Source: Candidatus Poribacteria bacterium | GTDB lineage: Bacteria; Poribacteria; WGA-4E; PCPOR2b | Assembly: GCA_965208325.1 (NCBI GenBank) | Contig: OZ242326.1 | Location: forward strand, 1,248,001 to 1,312,000 | Length of the DNA stretch: 64,000 bases | Reading direction: 5' to 3' | In this document: one piece after another, positions 27,577-38,666 of the stretch | Numbering within the stretch: position 1 is the stretch's first letter | How the letters are laid out: each line of letters opens with the position of its first letter | Translations under genes and position numbers: made by a program | Notes under the pieces: generated by a model | What the model was told of the DNA's origin: nothing | The model's database searches: none | Seen by the model: only the letters and a program-made list of their open reading frames with translations

Positions 27577-29838
27577 TCATTCCGATAGCATCTTCTGCAT
27601 CTCATTGATCTGTTGACGCGCATAGGCGACAACGACGCTTTCCGGATGACTATCTATCAACGTAGAATACATTTGCATCGCTTTTCTAACGTCCCCTAGT
27701 CGCCAGCGATAGATATCGGCAATCTTAGACTGTGCTTCCGGCGCGCGTGGACTCTCGAAATTGACAACCTGATGATACGCATCGATCGCGCTAGTGTGGT
27801 CACCTTGATTCAGATAAATATCTCCGAATAACAGCCTCAACTCATCAATGATTAGCGCATGAGGGTATAAGTCGATCGTTTCTGCACCTTGCTTTAATGC
27901 GTCATCCGTTTGCCCTTTCAGGTATGCATGCAATGTTTTGACGTAACGCTTGAGTGGTTCGCGGTTAAAATCTGAATTGGAGTTGATTAGGACGATTCGA
28001 TCCAGAGCGTCATTGCTCGCGGGATGGAACGCGGCAATTTCCAACACGGTATGGTACGCCGTAACTGCATCCTCAAAGCGTTCCTGAAGGAGTAATGAAT
28101 CTCCAATTAACTTTTGGGCTTCAGCTTTAAATTTGCCATGTCCTCCAGCCATTGGGCGCAGTACATTCTGAGCCAGATTGTGCTGACCTTGTAGAATTTG
28201 GCATTCTGCCAAACGCAGTTGAACTTCCGTCTCTTGTGCAGATGTCAATGGTTGACTCATTAACGATTGGTAAGTTTTCATCGCCGCCGCAACATCACGG
28301 ATGCCATGTAACCATACATGTCCCAAGAGGAGCAGCGTGTTTACATCCTCGTGCCGCTGCGCCATCTGGTTCAAAACCGCTAGTGCATCCTGCCAGCGTG
28401 CCATCGTTACGTAAATCCGCGCCAACTTCATCTTTGCGGTCCAAGCCATAACGCTATCCGGAAAAAGCGAGATGATTTTTTCGTAATAATCAACGGCTTT
28501 AGGATGCTTTTGCCGTTCCAAAATGTGCGCATATTTCTCCAAGTATCGACCGCGATCCGGCGGATAAACCTGATGAATTCGGGAAAAACTCTCAAGCGCT
28601 AAATCCAAATTCCTTTGATGAAAGTAAATTTCGCCCAATGCCAAAACGAGCTTCGGATTCTGAGGACTTTTCCGGCGTTCGGTTTTTAGGCGTGCAGCAA
28701 TCTTCGCAAATAAGCGATCCTGTTGCTCTCCTTCATAAATTTCGGCGATGTTCTCAATGAGTCTGTCACGACTGCTATACCCAATATCAACCGCATTCAA
28801 CGCCCGTAGATAGGTGTTGATTGCGTTTTCGATTTGACCCTGAATTTTGTAAACATCAGCAAGCTTAGTATAGAGGGAAACGCTTGTTGTATCGCGTATC
28901 AGTGCAGTCTGATATACTTCAATCGCCTCATCATACATCTGATTAGAAACATAGATTTCACCTAGTTGTTGGTATCGGTGTGGTTGAATTGAACCATTCT
29001 CGATGATTTTCGACCACTCGTGAACGGCTTGATTACGTTCGCCGCGCTCCGCGTGTAATTCACCAATTTTTTTTAAGAGATTAATATCGTTCGGATTGTG
29101 CTCAAGCGCCGCATGGTAAAGGCTAAACGCCTCACTATGTTTACCCTGTTGTTTATATAGGTCTGCCAGTTGCTCCATCAAGTCTGTATCGCCGGAATTT
29201 TGGCGGAGATAATCTTGAAGTAATTCGTGTGCCTCGTCGTGCCGGTCTCTCACGAGGTATAGCCGAACGAGGCTGTGCAGCGCGCTGACATGGTAAACAG
29301 AATTCGGATAATCATTCAAAAACCCGCGGTAATTCTGAATTGCCTTATCGACCATGCCGCCGGAGTTCAAATACTGTGCGATTAAGTAGCGCGCAATTTC
29401 TGCTGCGTGAGATTTCGGATATTTCTGTACGAGGTCATTGCACGATCGAATTGCATCATTGTATTGATACCTCTGGATATAGAGATTTCCTATTTGGTGG
29501 ACCGCCTGGCTCGCGTATGAACCGCTTGGATTATCATCAATAATGGCGCGGAAAGTTTGGGCGGCAAGCGCATCTTCGCCGAGATGTACATAGCAGCGTC
29601 CCATATTTATGCGGATTGCATCTCTCGTATTCGGACGAAGTGGTGTTTTCAAAAGGGGCTTATAAGCCGCAATCGCCTCTGAATATTTCCGAATGTAGAA
29701 GAGGTCATGGGCAGACTGGACAGCCTCGACATCTTCCTGCACATCTTGGTTTTGGGCAGAGACGGCCAGTGGCATTAACACAGTAAAAATAAATTGGGCA
29801 CAAATCAACAATTTTGCAATCAAGAAAATTCTCCTCAA
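27577..29838 (-). CDS. Exported tetratricopeptide-repeat protein
   Basis: Signal peptide (AVSA) and many TPR helical pairs, several of the YP.S type seen in BamD/CpoB-like repeats. Confidence 0.9.
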   Translation of the reverse strand: MRRIFLIAKLLICAQFIFTVLMPLAVSAQNQDVQEDVEAVQSAHDLFYIRKYSEAIAAYKPLLKTPLRPNTRDAIRINMGRCYVHLGEDALAAQTFRAIIDDNPSGSYASQAVHQIGNLYIQRYQYNDAIRSCNDLVQKYPKSHAAEIARYLIAQYLNSGGMVDKAIQNYRGFLNDYPNSVYHVSALHSLVRLYLVRDRHDEAHELLQDYLRQNSGDTDLMEQLADLYKQQGKHSEAFSLYHAALEHNPNDINLLKKIGELHAERGERNQAVHEWSKIIENGSIQPHRYQQLGEIYVSNQMYDEAIEVYQTALIRDTTSVSLYTKLADVYKIQGQIENAINTYLRALNAVDIGYSSRDRLIENIAEIYEGEQQDRLFAKIAARLKTERRKSPQNPKLVLALGEIYFHQRNLDLALESFSRIHQVYPPDRGRYLEKYAHILERQKHPKAVDYYEKIISLFPDSVMAWTAKMKLARIYVTMARWQDALAVLNQMAQRHEDVNTLLLLGHVWLHGIRDVAAAMKTYQSLMSQPLTSAQETEVQLRLAECQILQGQHNLAQNVLRPMAGGHGKFKAEAQKLIGDSLLLQERFEDAVTAYHTVLEIAAFHPASNDALDRIVLINSNSDFNREPLKRYVKTLHAYLKGQTDDALKQGAETIDLYPHALIIDELRLLFGDIYLNQGDHTSAIDAYHQVVNFESPRAPEAQSKIADIYRWRLGDVRKAMQMYSTLIDSHPESVVVAYARQQINEMQKMLSE

Positions 29839-29930
29839 CGCGGCGTTTACCCTCGGTCATTGGATTCGATTGCAGGGTTAGCCGGGTGAGACACGTCCGC
29901 TGTGAAATTTTCAGCTGCGAATGCGATGTT

Positions 29931-30887
29931 TCATGTACGGGGCAACAACTTCAAAACCATCACTTCTAGTGCCAACGTGCTGTTGACGTTACGTTTAAGC
30001 AATTCCCTGGTTTCAAAAACTGTTTTAATAGCTGTTTGCAGTTTCAACCGTGAATATCGGGACGTCAGTTGCTGCAGACGCTGCGCATGAAAGATATGAG
30101 TCAGTGAATCCACCGGGGCGCCTTGGTGCAACAGTAACAAATCTCGATACCAAGATACAAGTTTTTCAAGCGCATCCGGATCCCGATTGAACTTCTCGGC
30201 TATGCGAAAAGCCGCCAATCGGTCGCTAGACTCTATAATCTCCGGGATTTCCTCATAAGAAATATCTTCTTTTTCTCTCAATCGGGTCAACGCATTTCCA
30301 ACTGCGCCGCGTGATAACGAGGCGATGTGAAAAGCTTTGTGTTCCTCAAGGTTGAATTGTCGCACAAGGTACTCAGAAAGTTCAGGAATGGTAAGCAGGT
30401 GAAAGTCAATAATCTGGCACCGGGATCGAATCGTAGGCAATAACGCATCTAAATTCGAAGTAATCAACACTAACACCGATGCCGCTGGCGGTTCTTCTAA
30501 AGTTTTGAGTAGGCAATTCGCCGCCTCCAGATTCATGCAATCTACTTCATTCAGTATATATACTTTTCGATTCCCCTCAAGCGGCCGGTAGACAATCCGT
30601 TTTTGCAATTCGCGAATCTGATCTATTTTCATCCATGCGCCCAATGGATTTATTATCTGCATATCCGGATGGTTTCCGTTATCGATTTTGCGACAAGACA
30701 AACAGGAGTTGCACGGCCCCTGTTCCAACGCCGTGCAGTTAATTGACTTCGCAAAGTACAGGGCGACGGTTTCTTTGCCGACATTTGCGGGTCCTGCGAA
30801 CAGATATGCTCCTGCCACACGATTCGATTCAATGGCATGGAGCAGTTGTTCTATTATTTGTTCGTGGCCAATGATAGGTGACCGCAT
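29931..30887 (-). CDS. holB: DNA polymerase III subunit delta'
   Basis: AYLFAGPANVGK, CNSCLSC, HPD, AANCLLKTLEEPP, LPTIRSRC; follows tmk. Confidence 0.95.
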   Translation of the reverse strand: MRSPIIGHEQIIEQLLHAIESNRVAGAYLFAGPANVGKETVALYFAKSINCTALEQGPCNSCLSCRKIDNGNHPDMQIINPLGAWMKIDQIRELQKRIVYRPLEGNRKVYILNEVDCMNLEAANCLLKTLEEPPAASVLVLITSNLDALLPTIRSRCQIIDFHLLTIPELSEYLVRQFNLEEHKAFHIASLSRGAVGNALTRLREKEDISYEEIPEIIESSDRLAAFRIAEKFNRDPDALEKLVSWYRDLLLLHQGAPVDSLTHIFHAQRLQQLTSRYSRLKLQTAIKTVFETRELLKRNVNSTLALEVMVLKLLPRT

Positions 30888-30913
30888 AGGCGGTGAATCA
30901 ATGGAACGAAATC

Positions 30914-31567
30914 TTACAGTTTACGTTCCACTCCCTTCGTTCGCAATAAGTCGTCTACTTCCGACTTAATCAATTCATGTATGCTATCCACGTTTGCTTC
31001 GGCATCAATTATGGTAATGCGATCAGGCTCTTGACTTGCGATCGCAAGATAGGCTTCGCGGATTCGATTGTGAGATTCGAAATCCTCTAAATCCAAACGA
31101 TTCATCGCACTCCTTCTCTGCTGCACACGTTTTAAGCCGATTTCTACCGGCAAATCTAACACAAAGGTGCGTTCCGGTGACAAGCCGTGTGCCGCGATAC
31201 GATTTAGCTTATGAATCAGATTCAAATCCAATCCGCACCGATAGCCTTGGTAAACGACCGTTGCGTCCGAGTATCGATCGGAGATAACAATCTTCCCACC
31301 ATCCAATGCGGGTAAAATAACCTCGGACACATGTTGCGCCCGCGCCGCGGCAATCAATAGCAACTCCGTCGTTGATTCCATTTCGTTGTGATTGGGATTC
31401 AAGAAGATGCCGCGAATTTCCTCCGATATGGGTGTCCCGCCCGGTTCACGTGTAACGCACACGGCATAGCCCGCTTGACTGAGAACCGCGGACAGCCGTT
31501 GAATTTGCGTCGTTTTTCCTGAACCTTCTATACCCTCAAAAGTAATTAACAAACCGTCTTTTACCAC
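30914..31567 (-). CDS. tmk: Thymidylate kinase
   Basis: ITFEGIEGSGKTTQ, TREPGGT, SDRYSDAT..YQG. Confidence 0.97.
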   Translation of the reverse strand: MVKDGLLITFEGIEGSGKTTQIQRLSAVLSQAGYAVCVTREPGGTPISEEIRGIFLNPNHNEMESTTELLLIAAARAQHVSEVILPALDGGKIVISDRYSDATVVYQGYRCGLDLNLIHKLNRIAAHGLSPERTFVLDLPVEIGLKRVQQRRSAMNRLDLEDFESHNRIREAYLAIASQEPDRITIIDAEANVDSIHELIKSEVDDLLRTKGVERKL

Positions 31568-31859
31568 AGTTCACCTTAAATTTCTTGACTCATGTGAAAG
31601 CGTAGGAATTGCCACTAGTAAGCATCTTCACCAAGAAAAGTAGAAATGCGAAATTTTACTGAGCATACCCTTGGCAAATTTGACGGCGAGATTGGTCTGA
31701 AATTATTCTAAATCTACCCTGTGGCAGCGATTATCTGAAATCCTCCCGAACTTCCGCGCTAAAACTCGGCGCAGCATAATGGTAGGCAGATAGTCGCTAT
31801 AGGTGCGTGTAGCGTGCTGGCACTGGTGAAGACCTAGTTGGCAAATCGGTTTTGCAGGT

Positions 31860-32765
31860 TTATAACTGTACCGATTTCTGAATTTCAGAATAGCGTTGGT
31901 TGATTTCTGCGGGGGTCAGGGAGCGTTGTCGGTTTAGACTGAAATCCTCAACGTTGAATGAGGCGATGACCGTCCCGTATATTATGGCTTTGCGAATAGT
32001 ATGCTCTGACGTATCGCCTGTAGACGCCAAATAACCCAAGAATCCGCCTGCGAAACTATCGCCGGCACCGGTTGGATCCGACACGATTTGCAGTGGGTAA
32101 GCCGGCGCGGAAAAGAAAGTGGAGTCCGTCAAAGAAACCGCCCCGTGTTCACCCTTCTTAATAATCACTCGGTTCGGTCCATAAGTTAGGATTGCCTTCG
32201 CGGCGCGTATAAGATTGCTTTCATCCGTTAAAAGACGGGCTTCGCTATCGTTGATAATCAGTATATCAACCTTGCTCAAGGTTCGGATGAGTGCATCCCG
32301 GCTATTATTAATCCAGAGATTCATTGTATCGCAAACAATTAACTTTGCATCCGTTGTTTGCTGGAGGACGCTCAACTGTAGTTCAGGATTGATATTCGCT
32401 AAAAACACGAAGTGTGTATCTTTATGATTTGCGGGCAACTTCGGATTAAAGTCGCCATAGACATTCAAATGAGTGAAAAGTGTAAGCGCAGCGTTCGGAT
32501 CATCCGTATAACGCCCGCCCCAACGAAAAGTTTTGCCGCCTTGAATCAGCTCCAACCCGGTTAAATCAATTGCGCGTGATTGAAGGAAGTGAATGTGTTC
32601 TTGAGGAAAATCATCGCCGATGACAGCCATTAAGCGAATAGGATTGTGAAAAAAACTTGCTGCCACCGAAAAATAGATTGCCGATCCACCTAGTGCGTTC
32701 TCGACTTTACCGGCGGATGTTTCCACTGAATCCAGTCCAACCGATCCAACAACCAAAATACTCAT
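31860..32765 (-). CDS. PfkB-family kinase (possible adenosine/nucleoside kinase)
   Basis: ILVVGSVGLD, LGGSA, IIKKGEHG, DPTGAGDSFAGG. Confidence 0.9.
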   Translation of the reverse strand: MSILVVGSVGLDSVETSAGKVENALGGSAIYFSVAASFFHNPIRLMAVIGDDFPQEHIHFLQSRAIDLTGLELIQGGKTFRWGGRYTDDPNAALTLFTHLNVYGDFNPKLPANHKDTHFVFLANINPELQLSVLQQTTDAKLIVCDTMNLWINNSRDALIRTLSKVDILIINDSEARLLTDESNLIRAAKAILTYGPNRVIIKKGEHGAVSLTDSTFFSAPAYPLQIVSDPTGAGDSFAGGFLGYLASTGDTSEHTIRKAIIYGTVIASFNVEDFSLNRQRSLTPAEINQRYSEIQKSVQL

Positions 32766-32846
32766 CAATCAACCTTTCAGATTGGCACGCCCTTTTGGTT
32801 TTAACTTTCGAGATTTCGAAGCTTTCGAAAGCCTATGAACGCAAGT

Positions 32847-33065
32847 TCATCGACGATTTTTGTTCCTCAGCGCATACACGACGCGGCGAACGCGGCGAAC
32901 CAAGATAACGACGAGTGTCACCAACAAAACTCCTTGGAGAATTTGACCGAGCCGAAACATACCTTCAGATAGTCGTGAAGGATCGGACTGCAATAACCAG
33001 ATTGGCAACAATAAAATCGCCGCAAAAAGCAATATTATACTTTCCCATAGCTCCGATTTCTTCAT
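32847..33065 (-). CDS. Small two-TM membrane protein (72 aa)
   Basis: GAGG RBS, two hydrophobic segments, Arg-rich tail; co-oriented between ahcY and the PfkB kinase. Confidence 0.65.
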   Translation of the reverse strand: MKKSELWESIILLFAAILLLPIWLLQSDPSRLSEGMFRLGQILQGVLLVTLVVILVRRVRRVVYALRNKNRR

Positions 33066-33103
33066 CAGTCGGATATCCTCAAGATACGCGCATGACTTGA
33101 TTC

Positions 33104-34366
33104 TTAAGTGCCCATCGTCCAGGAATTTAGGTAAGTATGCTGTTCTTCAGTCAACTCATCAATAGTAACGCCGAGTGCTTGTAATTTTAGCTGGGCGACG
33201 GAGGCATCAAGTGCCGGCGGTACGAGGTAAACACGGTTTTCCATTTCCGACTCGTTCCGGACGATGTACTCGGCGGACAATGCCTGATTAGCAAAACTCA
33301 TATCCATGACACTTGCGGGATGGCCTTCAGCCGAGGCTAGATTGATTAACCGCCCTTCACCAAGCAAACAAAGTCTACGCCCATCTTTCAAAGTATATTC
33401 CTCGACATATTCGCGGGCTGTTCTCACATCAATGCTCAAATCTTTAAGCGCTGGGATATCAATCTCAACGTTAAAGTGTCCCGAGTTACAAATAATTGCG
33501 CCGTCCTTCATCACCTCAAAATGTTCGCGGCGCAACACATGAATATCCCCCGTCAATGTAACAACAAGATCCGCCTCCGCAGCCGCATCAATCATCGGCA
33601 TGACCCGGAATCCATCCATCACTGCTTCTAATGCACTCAATGGGTCAACCTCAGTGACGATGACGTTCGCTCCTAACCCTCGCACCCTGTTGGCAAATCC
33701 ACGGCCGCACCAACCGTAACCGACAACGACAACAGTTGTTCCGGCGATTAGCAAATTGGTCGCACGAATTATGCCGTCCAATGTACTTTGCCCCGTACCG
33801 TACCGATTGTCGAAGAAGTGCTTTGTCTTGGCGTCATTGACGGCGATGATTGGGTACCGAAGAACACCTTCAGCAGCCATGCTTTTGAGCCGAATCACCC
33901 CAGTTGTCGTCTCCTCTGTCCCAGCGAGCACCTTTTCGACGTGAGCGGGGTTCGTGTTTTCAGAATGGAGTTGTGAAACTAAGTCGGCGCCGTCATCCAT
34001 TGTAATTAACGGCTGAAAGTTTACAGCTGCATCAATGTGTTGGTAGTAGGTGTCATTGTCCTCGCCTTTTATTGCAAAGACAGAGATGTCCTCATGTGCC
34101 ACGAGGGACGCAGCAACAGCATCTTGGGTGCTCATTGGATTTGAAGCGCACAAGGCAAGTTCCGCGCCGCCTGCCTTCAAAGCTCGCATAAGGTTAGCGG
34201 TCTCCGTTGTAACGTGTAAACAGGCAGAGATTCGTACCCCGTCCAATGGACACTCTTCAGCAAACCGTTCACGGATTAGGCTGAGCACTGGCATAAAACG
34301 TTCCGCCCAATCAATCCTCTGCTTCCCTTCCACTGCAAGATCTACGCTTTTAATATCGTAATCCAT
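33104..34366 (-). CDS. ahcY: Adenosylhomocysteinase
   Basis: [46 protein letters not shown]. Confidence 0.98.
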   Translation of the reverse strand: MDYDIKSVDLAVEGKQRIDWAERFMPVLSLIRERFAEECPLDGVRISACLHVTTETANLMRALKAGGAELALCASNPMSTQDAVAASLVAHEDISVFAIKGEDNDTYYQHIDAAVNFQPLITMDDGADLVSQLHSENTNPAHVEKVLAGTEETTTGVIRLKSMAAEGVLRYPIIAVNDAKTKHFFDNRYGTGQSTLDGIIRATNLLIAGTTVVVVGYGWCGRGFANRVRGLGANVIVTEVDPLSALEAVMDGFRVMPMIDAAAEADLVVTLTGDIHVLRREHFEVMKDGAIICNSGHFNVEIDIPALKDLSIDVRTAREYVEEYTLKDGRRLCLLGEGRLINLASAEGHPASVMDMSFANQALSAEYIVRNESEMENRVYLVPPALDASVAQLKLQALGVTIDELTEEQHTYLNSWTMGT

Positions 34367-35542
34367 TTAATCTCCTGTGTAGCGCTGTGCCTCAGATCTG
34401 AGGCGTTCGACATAATCGGTCAATTCCCATGTGAAACCGTCTTCTTCGCGTCCGAAGTGTCCATAAGCCGCCGTCTTTTGATAGATTGGTCTACGCAAAT
34501 CCAAGCGTTCGATGATTCCTGCGGGTGTTAAATCGAAAACGTACTTCACAACACTAGTCAAAGTTTCATCTGAAAGCCTCACGCCTCCAATAGTTCTTCC
34601 GGTACCAAATGTATCAACCATAACTGATATTGGTTCGACCACTCCAATGGCGTAAGAGATTTGGACTTCACACCGTTCTGCCAGCTTTGCCGCCACAATA
34701 TTTTTCGCTGCATGCCGGGCAGCGTAGCAAGCGCTTCGATCGACCTTCGTTGGATCTTTCCCGGAAAACGCGCCGCCGCCGTGCCGTCCCATGCCGCCGT
34801 AGGTGTCGGCAATTATCTTTCGTCCAGTTAAACCTGCATCTCCCTGTGGACCGCCGACGACGAATCTTCCGGTTGGGTTAACATGGATTACCATGTCTGT
34901 GCCCCGCAGTTCCGGCGGGATCACATGGCAGATAACTTCTCTAGTAATGTCGTCGTTCAACTCGTCGGTGTCAACTTCTGAGTGGTGCTGGGTGGAAATT
35001 ACAACCGTATGGACATACGCAGGCTGCCCATCAATGTACTGAACCGTAACCTGCGACTTTCCATCAGGACGCAGATAATTGAGTACACCTTCTCGCCGCA
35101 CTTCTGCCAGACGCCGCGTCAGTTGATGAGCCAGCATGATCGGCATCGGCATCAATTCGTCAGTTTCACGGCAAGCATAGCCGAACATCATGCCTTGATC
35201 GCCAGCGCCGAGGCGATCAACACCCATCGCAATATCGGGGGACTGTTTATCAATCGTCGTCAGCACTGCACAGTGGTCGGCGTCAAATCCAAAATCACAA
35301 TTGATGTATCCTATCTGTCGAATCACTTTTCGGGCAATGGCGGGAATATCAATGTTGCTGTTCGTGGTGATTTCGCCTGCAATTAGGGCAAGCCCGGTTG
35401 TCACCAAGGTCTCGCATGCGACGCGTCCGTTGGAATCTTCGTTCATAATTGCATCAAGTACCGCGTCAGAAATCTGATCTGCAATTTTGTCAGGATGACC
35501 TTCAGTTACAGATTCTGATGTAAATAAAAAATTTCGGCTCAA
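34367..35542 (-). CDS. metK: S-adenosylmethionine synthetase
   Basis: [34 protein letters not shown]; start set at TTG 35542 after an AGGAG RBS. Confidence 0.98.
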   Translation of the reverse strand: MSRNFLFTSESVTEGHPDKIADQISDAVLDAIMNEDSNGRVACETLVTTGLALIAGEITTNSNIDIPAIARKVIRQIGYINCDFGFDADHCAVLTTIDKQSPDIAMGVDRLGAGDQGMMFGYACRETDELMPMPIMLAHQLTRRLAEVRREGVLNYLRPDGKSQVTVQYIDGQPAYVHTVVISTQHHSEVDTDELNDDITREVICHVIPPELRGTDMVIHVNPTGRFVVGGPQGDAGLTGRKIIADTYGGMGRHGGGAFSGKDPTKVDRSACYAARHAAKNIVAAKLAERCEVQISYAIGVVEPISVMVDTFGTGRTIGGVRLSDETLTSVVKYVFDLTPAGIIERLDLRRPIYQKTAAYGHFGREEDGFTWELTDYVERLRSEAQRYTGD

Positions 35543-36138
35543 TTGATTGCTCCTAACCTCAATTGTAGGTGGATGCATATTGCGTGTTTTAGCGATAAAC
35601 CGTCGCAATATTTCTCGTGTTTGTCCCCGCCCAATCTTCAATACAGCACGTGCGGTAGATACGCGTGGCTTCCCTGAATCAACTCAAACCAACTCAATTT
35701 GATGTCGAGATCCCAATAAACCTATTCACCAATTCTCTCCGCAGACCATTCAATGATTGAGCGATTTCAGGTCATCCGGACGCCTTGGATATCCGGTGCG
35801 CTGCCGCCGTTGTTCACTGCCCGGATTTGCGTCTAAACACAGTGATGCCTACGGTCCCAATCTAGCATAAGGAAAGAGGACAAATTACGAGTCTGATATT
35901 TGCCTAAATCCACGTCAAAGAGGGAGGGGGGAAAGTCACCGGCAAGATTTTATTTGGAAAGGAATTAAAAGCAGTTTTCAACAGTGATACCATCACAGAA
36001 CACACAACACAATAACCTTGTATTCTACGGCATCAATCTCACGAACCGCACGGCAACCCACTCTTCCGCACGACATGCAGTAGATTCATTCAATGGCGGA
36101 ACTTAAAGATTCAGCGATTGCATATCATTCCGGTTCTG

Positions 36139-38157
36139 TCACTCCTCAGAAGCGGATTTATCAAGTTCTTCTCTAAGCAAGGCACCCAATGTAGTGGTCG
36201 GCTCCTCGGGGTCCTCCGTTTCTTGCTGTTCCTGATATTGCGTTACGGTTGCACGTTCTTGCGCCGTTCGTGCTCCCTTCAGACTCAAACCGATGCGGCG
36301 TTCCGTCGCATCAAGATGAATCACTTTTAGGTCAAACACGTCGCCAATTGAGACAACATCTTCAGGCTTATCAATACGTTGGTTAGCAAGTTCAGAAATG
36401 TGAATGAGTCCCTCAATGCCATCCTCAAGCTTTGCGAATGCGCCGAAATTAGTCAAATTCACAATTTCTCCGCGAACAATTGAATCAATGTTGTACTTCT
36501 CGGGAACCTGCAACCATGGATCGGGTTCAATCTGCTTAAGGCCCAAGGAAACCTTTTGCTCTGCGGGATCTATACTTAAAACCATGACTTCAACCTCATC
36601 GCCTTCCCTGAGAATCTCACGCGGGTGTACATCTCGCTTGACCCAAGAAAGGTCTGTCGTGTGTATCAGACCATCCACCTCATCTTCAATTTCAACAAAG
36701 GCGCCAAAATCTGTCAGGTTTCTCACGCGGCCAACAATCTTTGTACCAATCGGATACTTGGTTTCCAATAGTTCCCATGGATTGGGCTGGAGCTGCTTTA
36801 ACCCAAGGGAAATTCTTTTGCTCCCTCTATCAATCTCAAGGACAACTGCCTCAACCTTGTCCTCTTTACTGAAGATTCTCGAAGGTGCAACATTTCTTTT
36901 TGTCCACGACATTTCCGATACATGAATGAGTCCTTCAACCCCTTCCTCAAGTTCAAGGAACGCGCCATAGTTGACAATATTGACAACACGCCCTTGAACC
37001 GTGGATCCAACCGGAAATTTTTCTTCAACAGTGAGCCACGGATCTGTGGTTTTTTGTTTCAAGCCGAGCGAAATTTTTTCGCTTTGGTGGTCAATGTCAG
37101 TAATTTTTACATTAATTTCGTCGCCAATCGAAATCATCTCTGAAGGGTGATTCACTCTACTCCACGACATATCCGTCTTGTGGAGCAACCCGTCAATGCC
37201 ACCGAGATCAACAAATGCGCCGAAGGAAGTAATATTCTTAACCACCCCGGACCGAATCTGCCCAACTTCAAGTGCACTGAGCAATTCCGCCTTTTGCGAC
37301 GCCAATTCTTCTTCGAGAAGTATTCGGCGCGACAAGACAATGTTTCGGCGACGCCTGCTGACTTTCACTACCTTCATCTCAAGTGTTTTACCAATGTAAC
37401 GCTCGAAATTTTGAACAGGGCGCAATTCAATCTGTGAAGCTGGTAGAAACGCGCGTAATTTACCAACCTCAACCCGAAGTCCTCCTTTGATGTGTTCTAC
37501 AACTTTGCCTTGAACGGGTTGCTTATCTTCGTGGGCTTTGGCGATTTCGTCCCAAACAATCTTTTGGTCGGCAAATTGTTTGGACAAGACAATTTGGCCT
37601 TCGGCGTCTTCTCTGCGTACAATATAGACATCAATCTCATCGCCAACGGACACAGACGGCAGCCCGTCTTTCCCGACCTCAAATTCTCCTGTAGGAATAT
37701 ATCCCTCGGATTTAAAACCGATATCAATCATGATTTCGTCGCGATTGACATCGACAACGGTGCCTTTAACAACTTCGCCTTCCGTGAAGGCTTTAAGAGA
37801 GTTATCGTACGCCTCTTCAAGCGACTCCATGTCCGAGATATCGGCGCCTGATGACTCCCCGCCTGAATCCCCGGTTGCATCCGCACCCGCGGCTTCGATT
37901 GAAGACGTATCATCAGTTTTTGCAACTGCTACGATTTGACCCACTTTTCCCGTAGCATCAACCTTTGCATCGCCTTCTACAGGTGCTTCCTCGCTTGCCT
38001 GGATCGTTTCTTGCTCGGTCGTTTGGTTAGTAGCAGCTGCAGAACCTGAGTTATCTTCGGACTCAGACTGCGTCTCCACTTCAGTCGCGCCCGCCTCATC
38101 CGCTTCAACTGCGAATTCACCGGCATTCACTACCTCATTTTTTGAATCATCATTCAT
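36139..38157 (-). CDS. rpsA: 30S ribosomal protein S1 with long acidic N-terminal extension
   Basis: Six S1 repeats (IDIGFKSEG, AFLPASQI, FGAFVDLGGIDGLLH, YGAFLELEEGVEGLIH...); start at 38157 inferred. Confidence 0.95.
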   Translation of the reverse strand: MNDDSKNEVVNAGEFAVEADEAGATEVETQSESEDNSGSAAATNQTTEQETIQASEEAPVEGDAKVDATGKVGQIVAVAKTDDTSSIEAAGADATGDSGGESSGADISDMESLEEAYDNSLKAFTEGEVVKGTVVDVNRDEIMIDIGFKSEGYIPTGEFEVGKDGLPSVSVGDEIDVYIVRREDAEGQIVLSKQFADQKIVWDEIAKAHEDKQPVQGKVVEHIKGGLRVEVGKLRAFLPASQIELRPVQNFERYIGKTLEMKVVKVSRRRRNIVLSRRILLEEELASQKAELLSALEVGQIRSGVVKNITSFGAFVDLGGIDGLLHKTDMSWSRVNHPSEMISIGDEINVKITDIDHQSEKISLGLKQKTTDPWLTVEEKFPVGSTVQGRVVNIVNYGAFLELEEGVEGLIHVSEMSWTKRNVAPSRIFSKEDKVEAVVLEIDRGSKRISLGLKQLQPNPWELLETKYPIGTKIVGRVRNLTDFGAFVEIEDEVDGLIHTTDLSWVKRDVHPREILREGDEVEVMVLSIDPAEQKVSLGLKQIEPDPWLQVPEKYNIDSIVRGEIVNLTNFGAFAKLEDGIEGLIHISELANQRIDKPEDVVSIGDVFDLKVIHLDATERRIGLSLKGARTAQERATVTQYQEQQETEDPEEPTTTLGALLREELDKSASEE

Positions 38158-38281
38158 CAGAATATTCGGTTCAATCCCAAAACGCAAAACAGCGTTCGAT
38201 TTGACCCACCAGTTCCTCCTTTTTCCAAGTCACCCTCCTAATTTTTGGACGGTTAAGACATTGGTTCAAAATTACCGACAT

Positions 38282-38311
38282 AGTATAGCACAAATTAGTG
38301 CATTGACGCAA
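38282..38311 (-). promoter_or_regulatory. Putative rpsA promoter
   Basis: Minus strand TTGCGT-N18-TATACT with extended TG. Confidence 0.45.
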
Positions 38312-38599
38312 CTTCATTCCCTGATTTGTTAAAAATTTCCCCTTATTATGGTCAATTCCTTTCACATTTTCACAAGTTTCGGTCGGTCCGGTCTTTAAAC
38401 CCCGTCCGATTTCGATGCGCGCCATTCCACAAGTTTGGGTGCTCCGCATACCATTAAGCCTGCAACCTCGCGAGCTGCCTGCACAAAAAATTATTGGTCT
38501 AAAAAAACACTAAATCATCGGCGCATTTTTCAGTGCCACCCCAGAAATTCTGATTGGTTGCCGGTGGTTATGCGGCATAGGCCAGGAAACGCAAATGCC

Positions 38600-38628
38600 T
38601 TGACAACCTTGGGGGCCTCATGTATCAT
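38600..38628 (+). promoter_or_regulatory. Sigma70-type promoter
   Basis: TTGACA-N17-TATCAT upstream of the CDS at 38667. Confidence 0.55.
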
Positions 38629-38666
38629 CGCCCCGTGCTAACATAAGTTTTTGATGGGAGCTAAAG

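Noticed and set aside
35543..35641. N-terminal extension of metK
   Set aside because: An AGGAG RBS and the conserved FTSESV start favour TTG at 35542.
35642..36138. Canonical SAM-I or SAH riboswitch, or SRP RNA, upstream of metK
   Set aside because: The diagnostic consensus motifs were not found in the right order on either strand; reported only as an unclassified structure.
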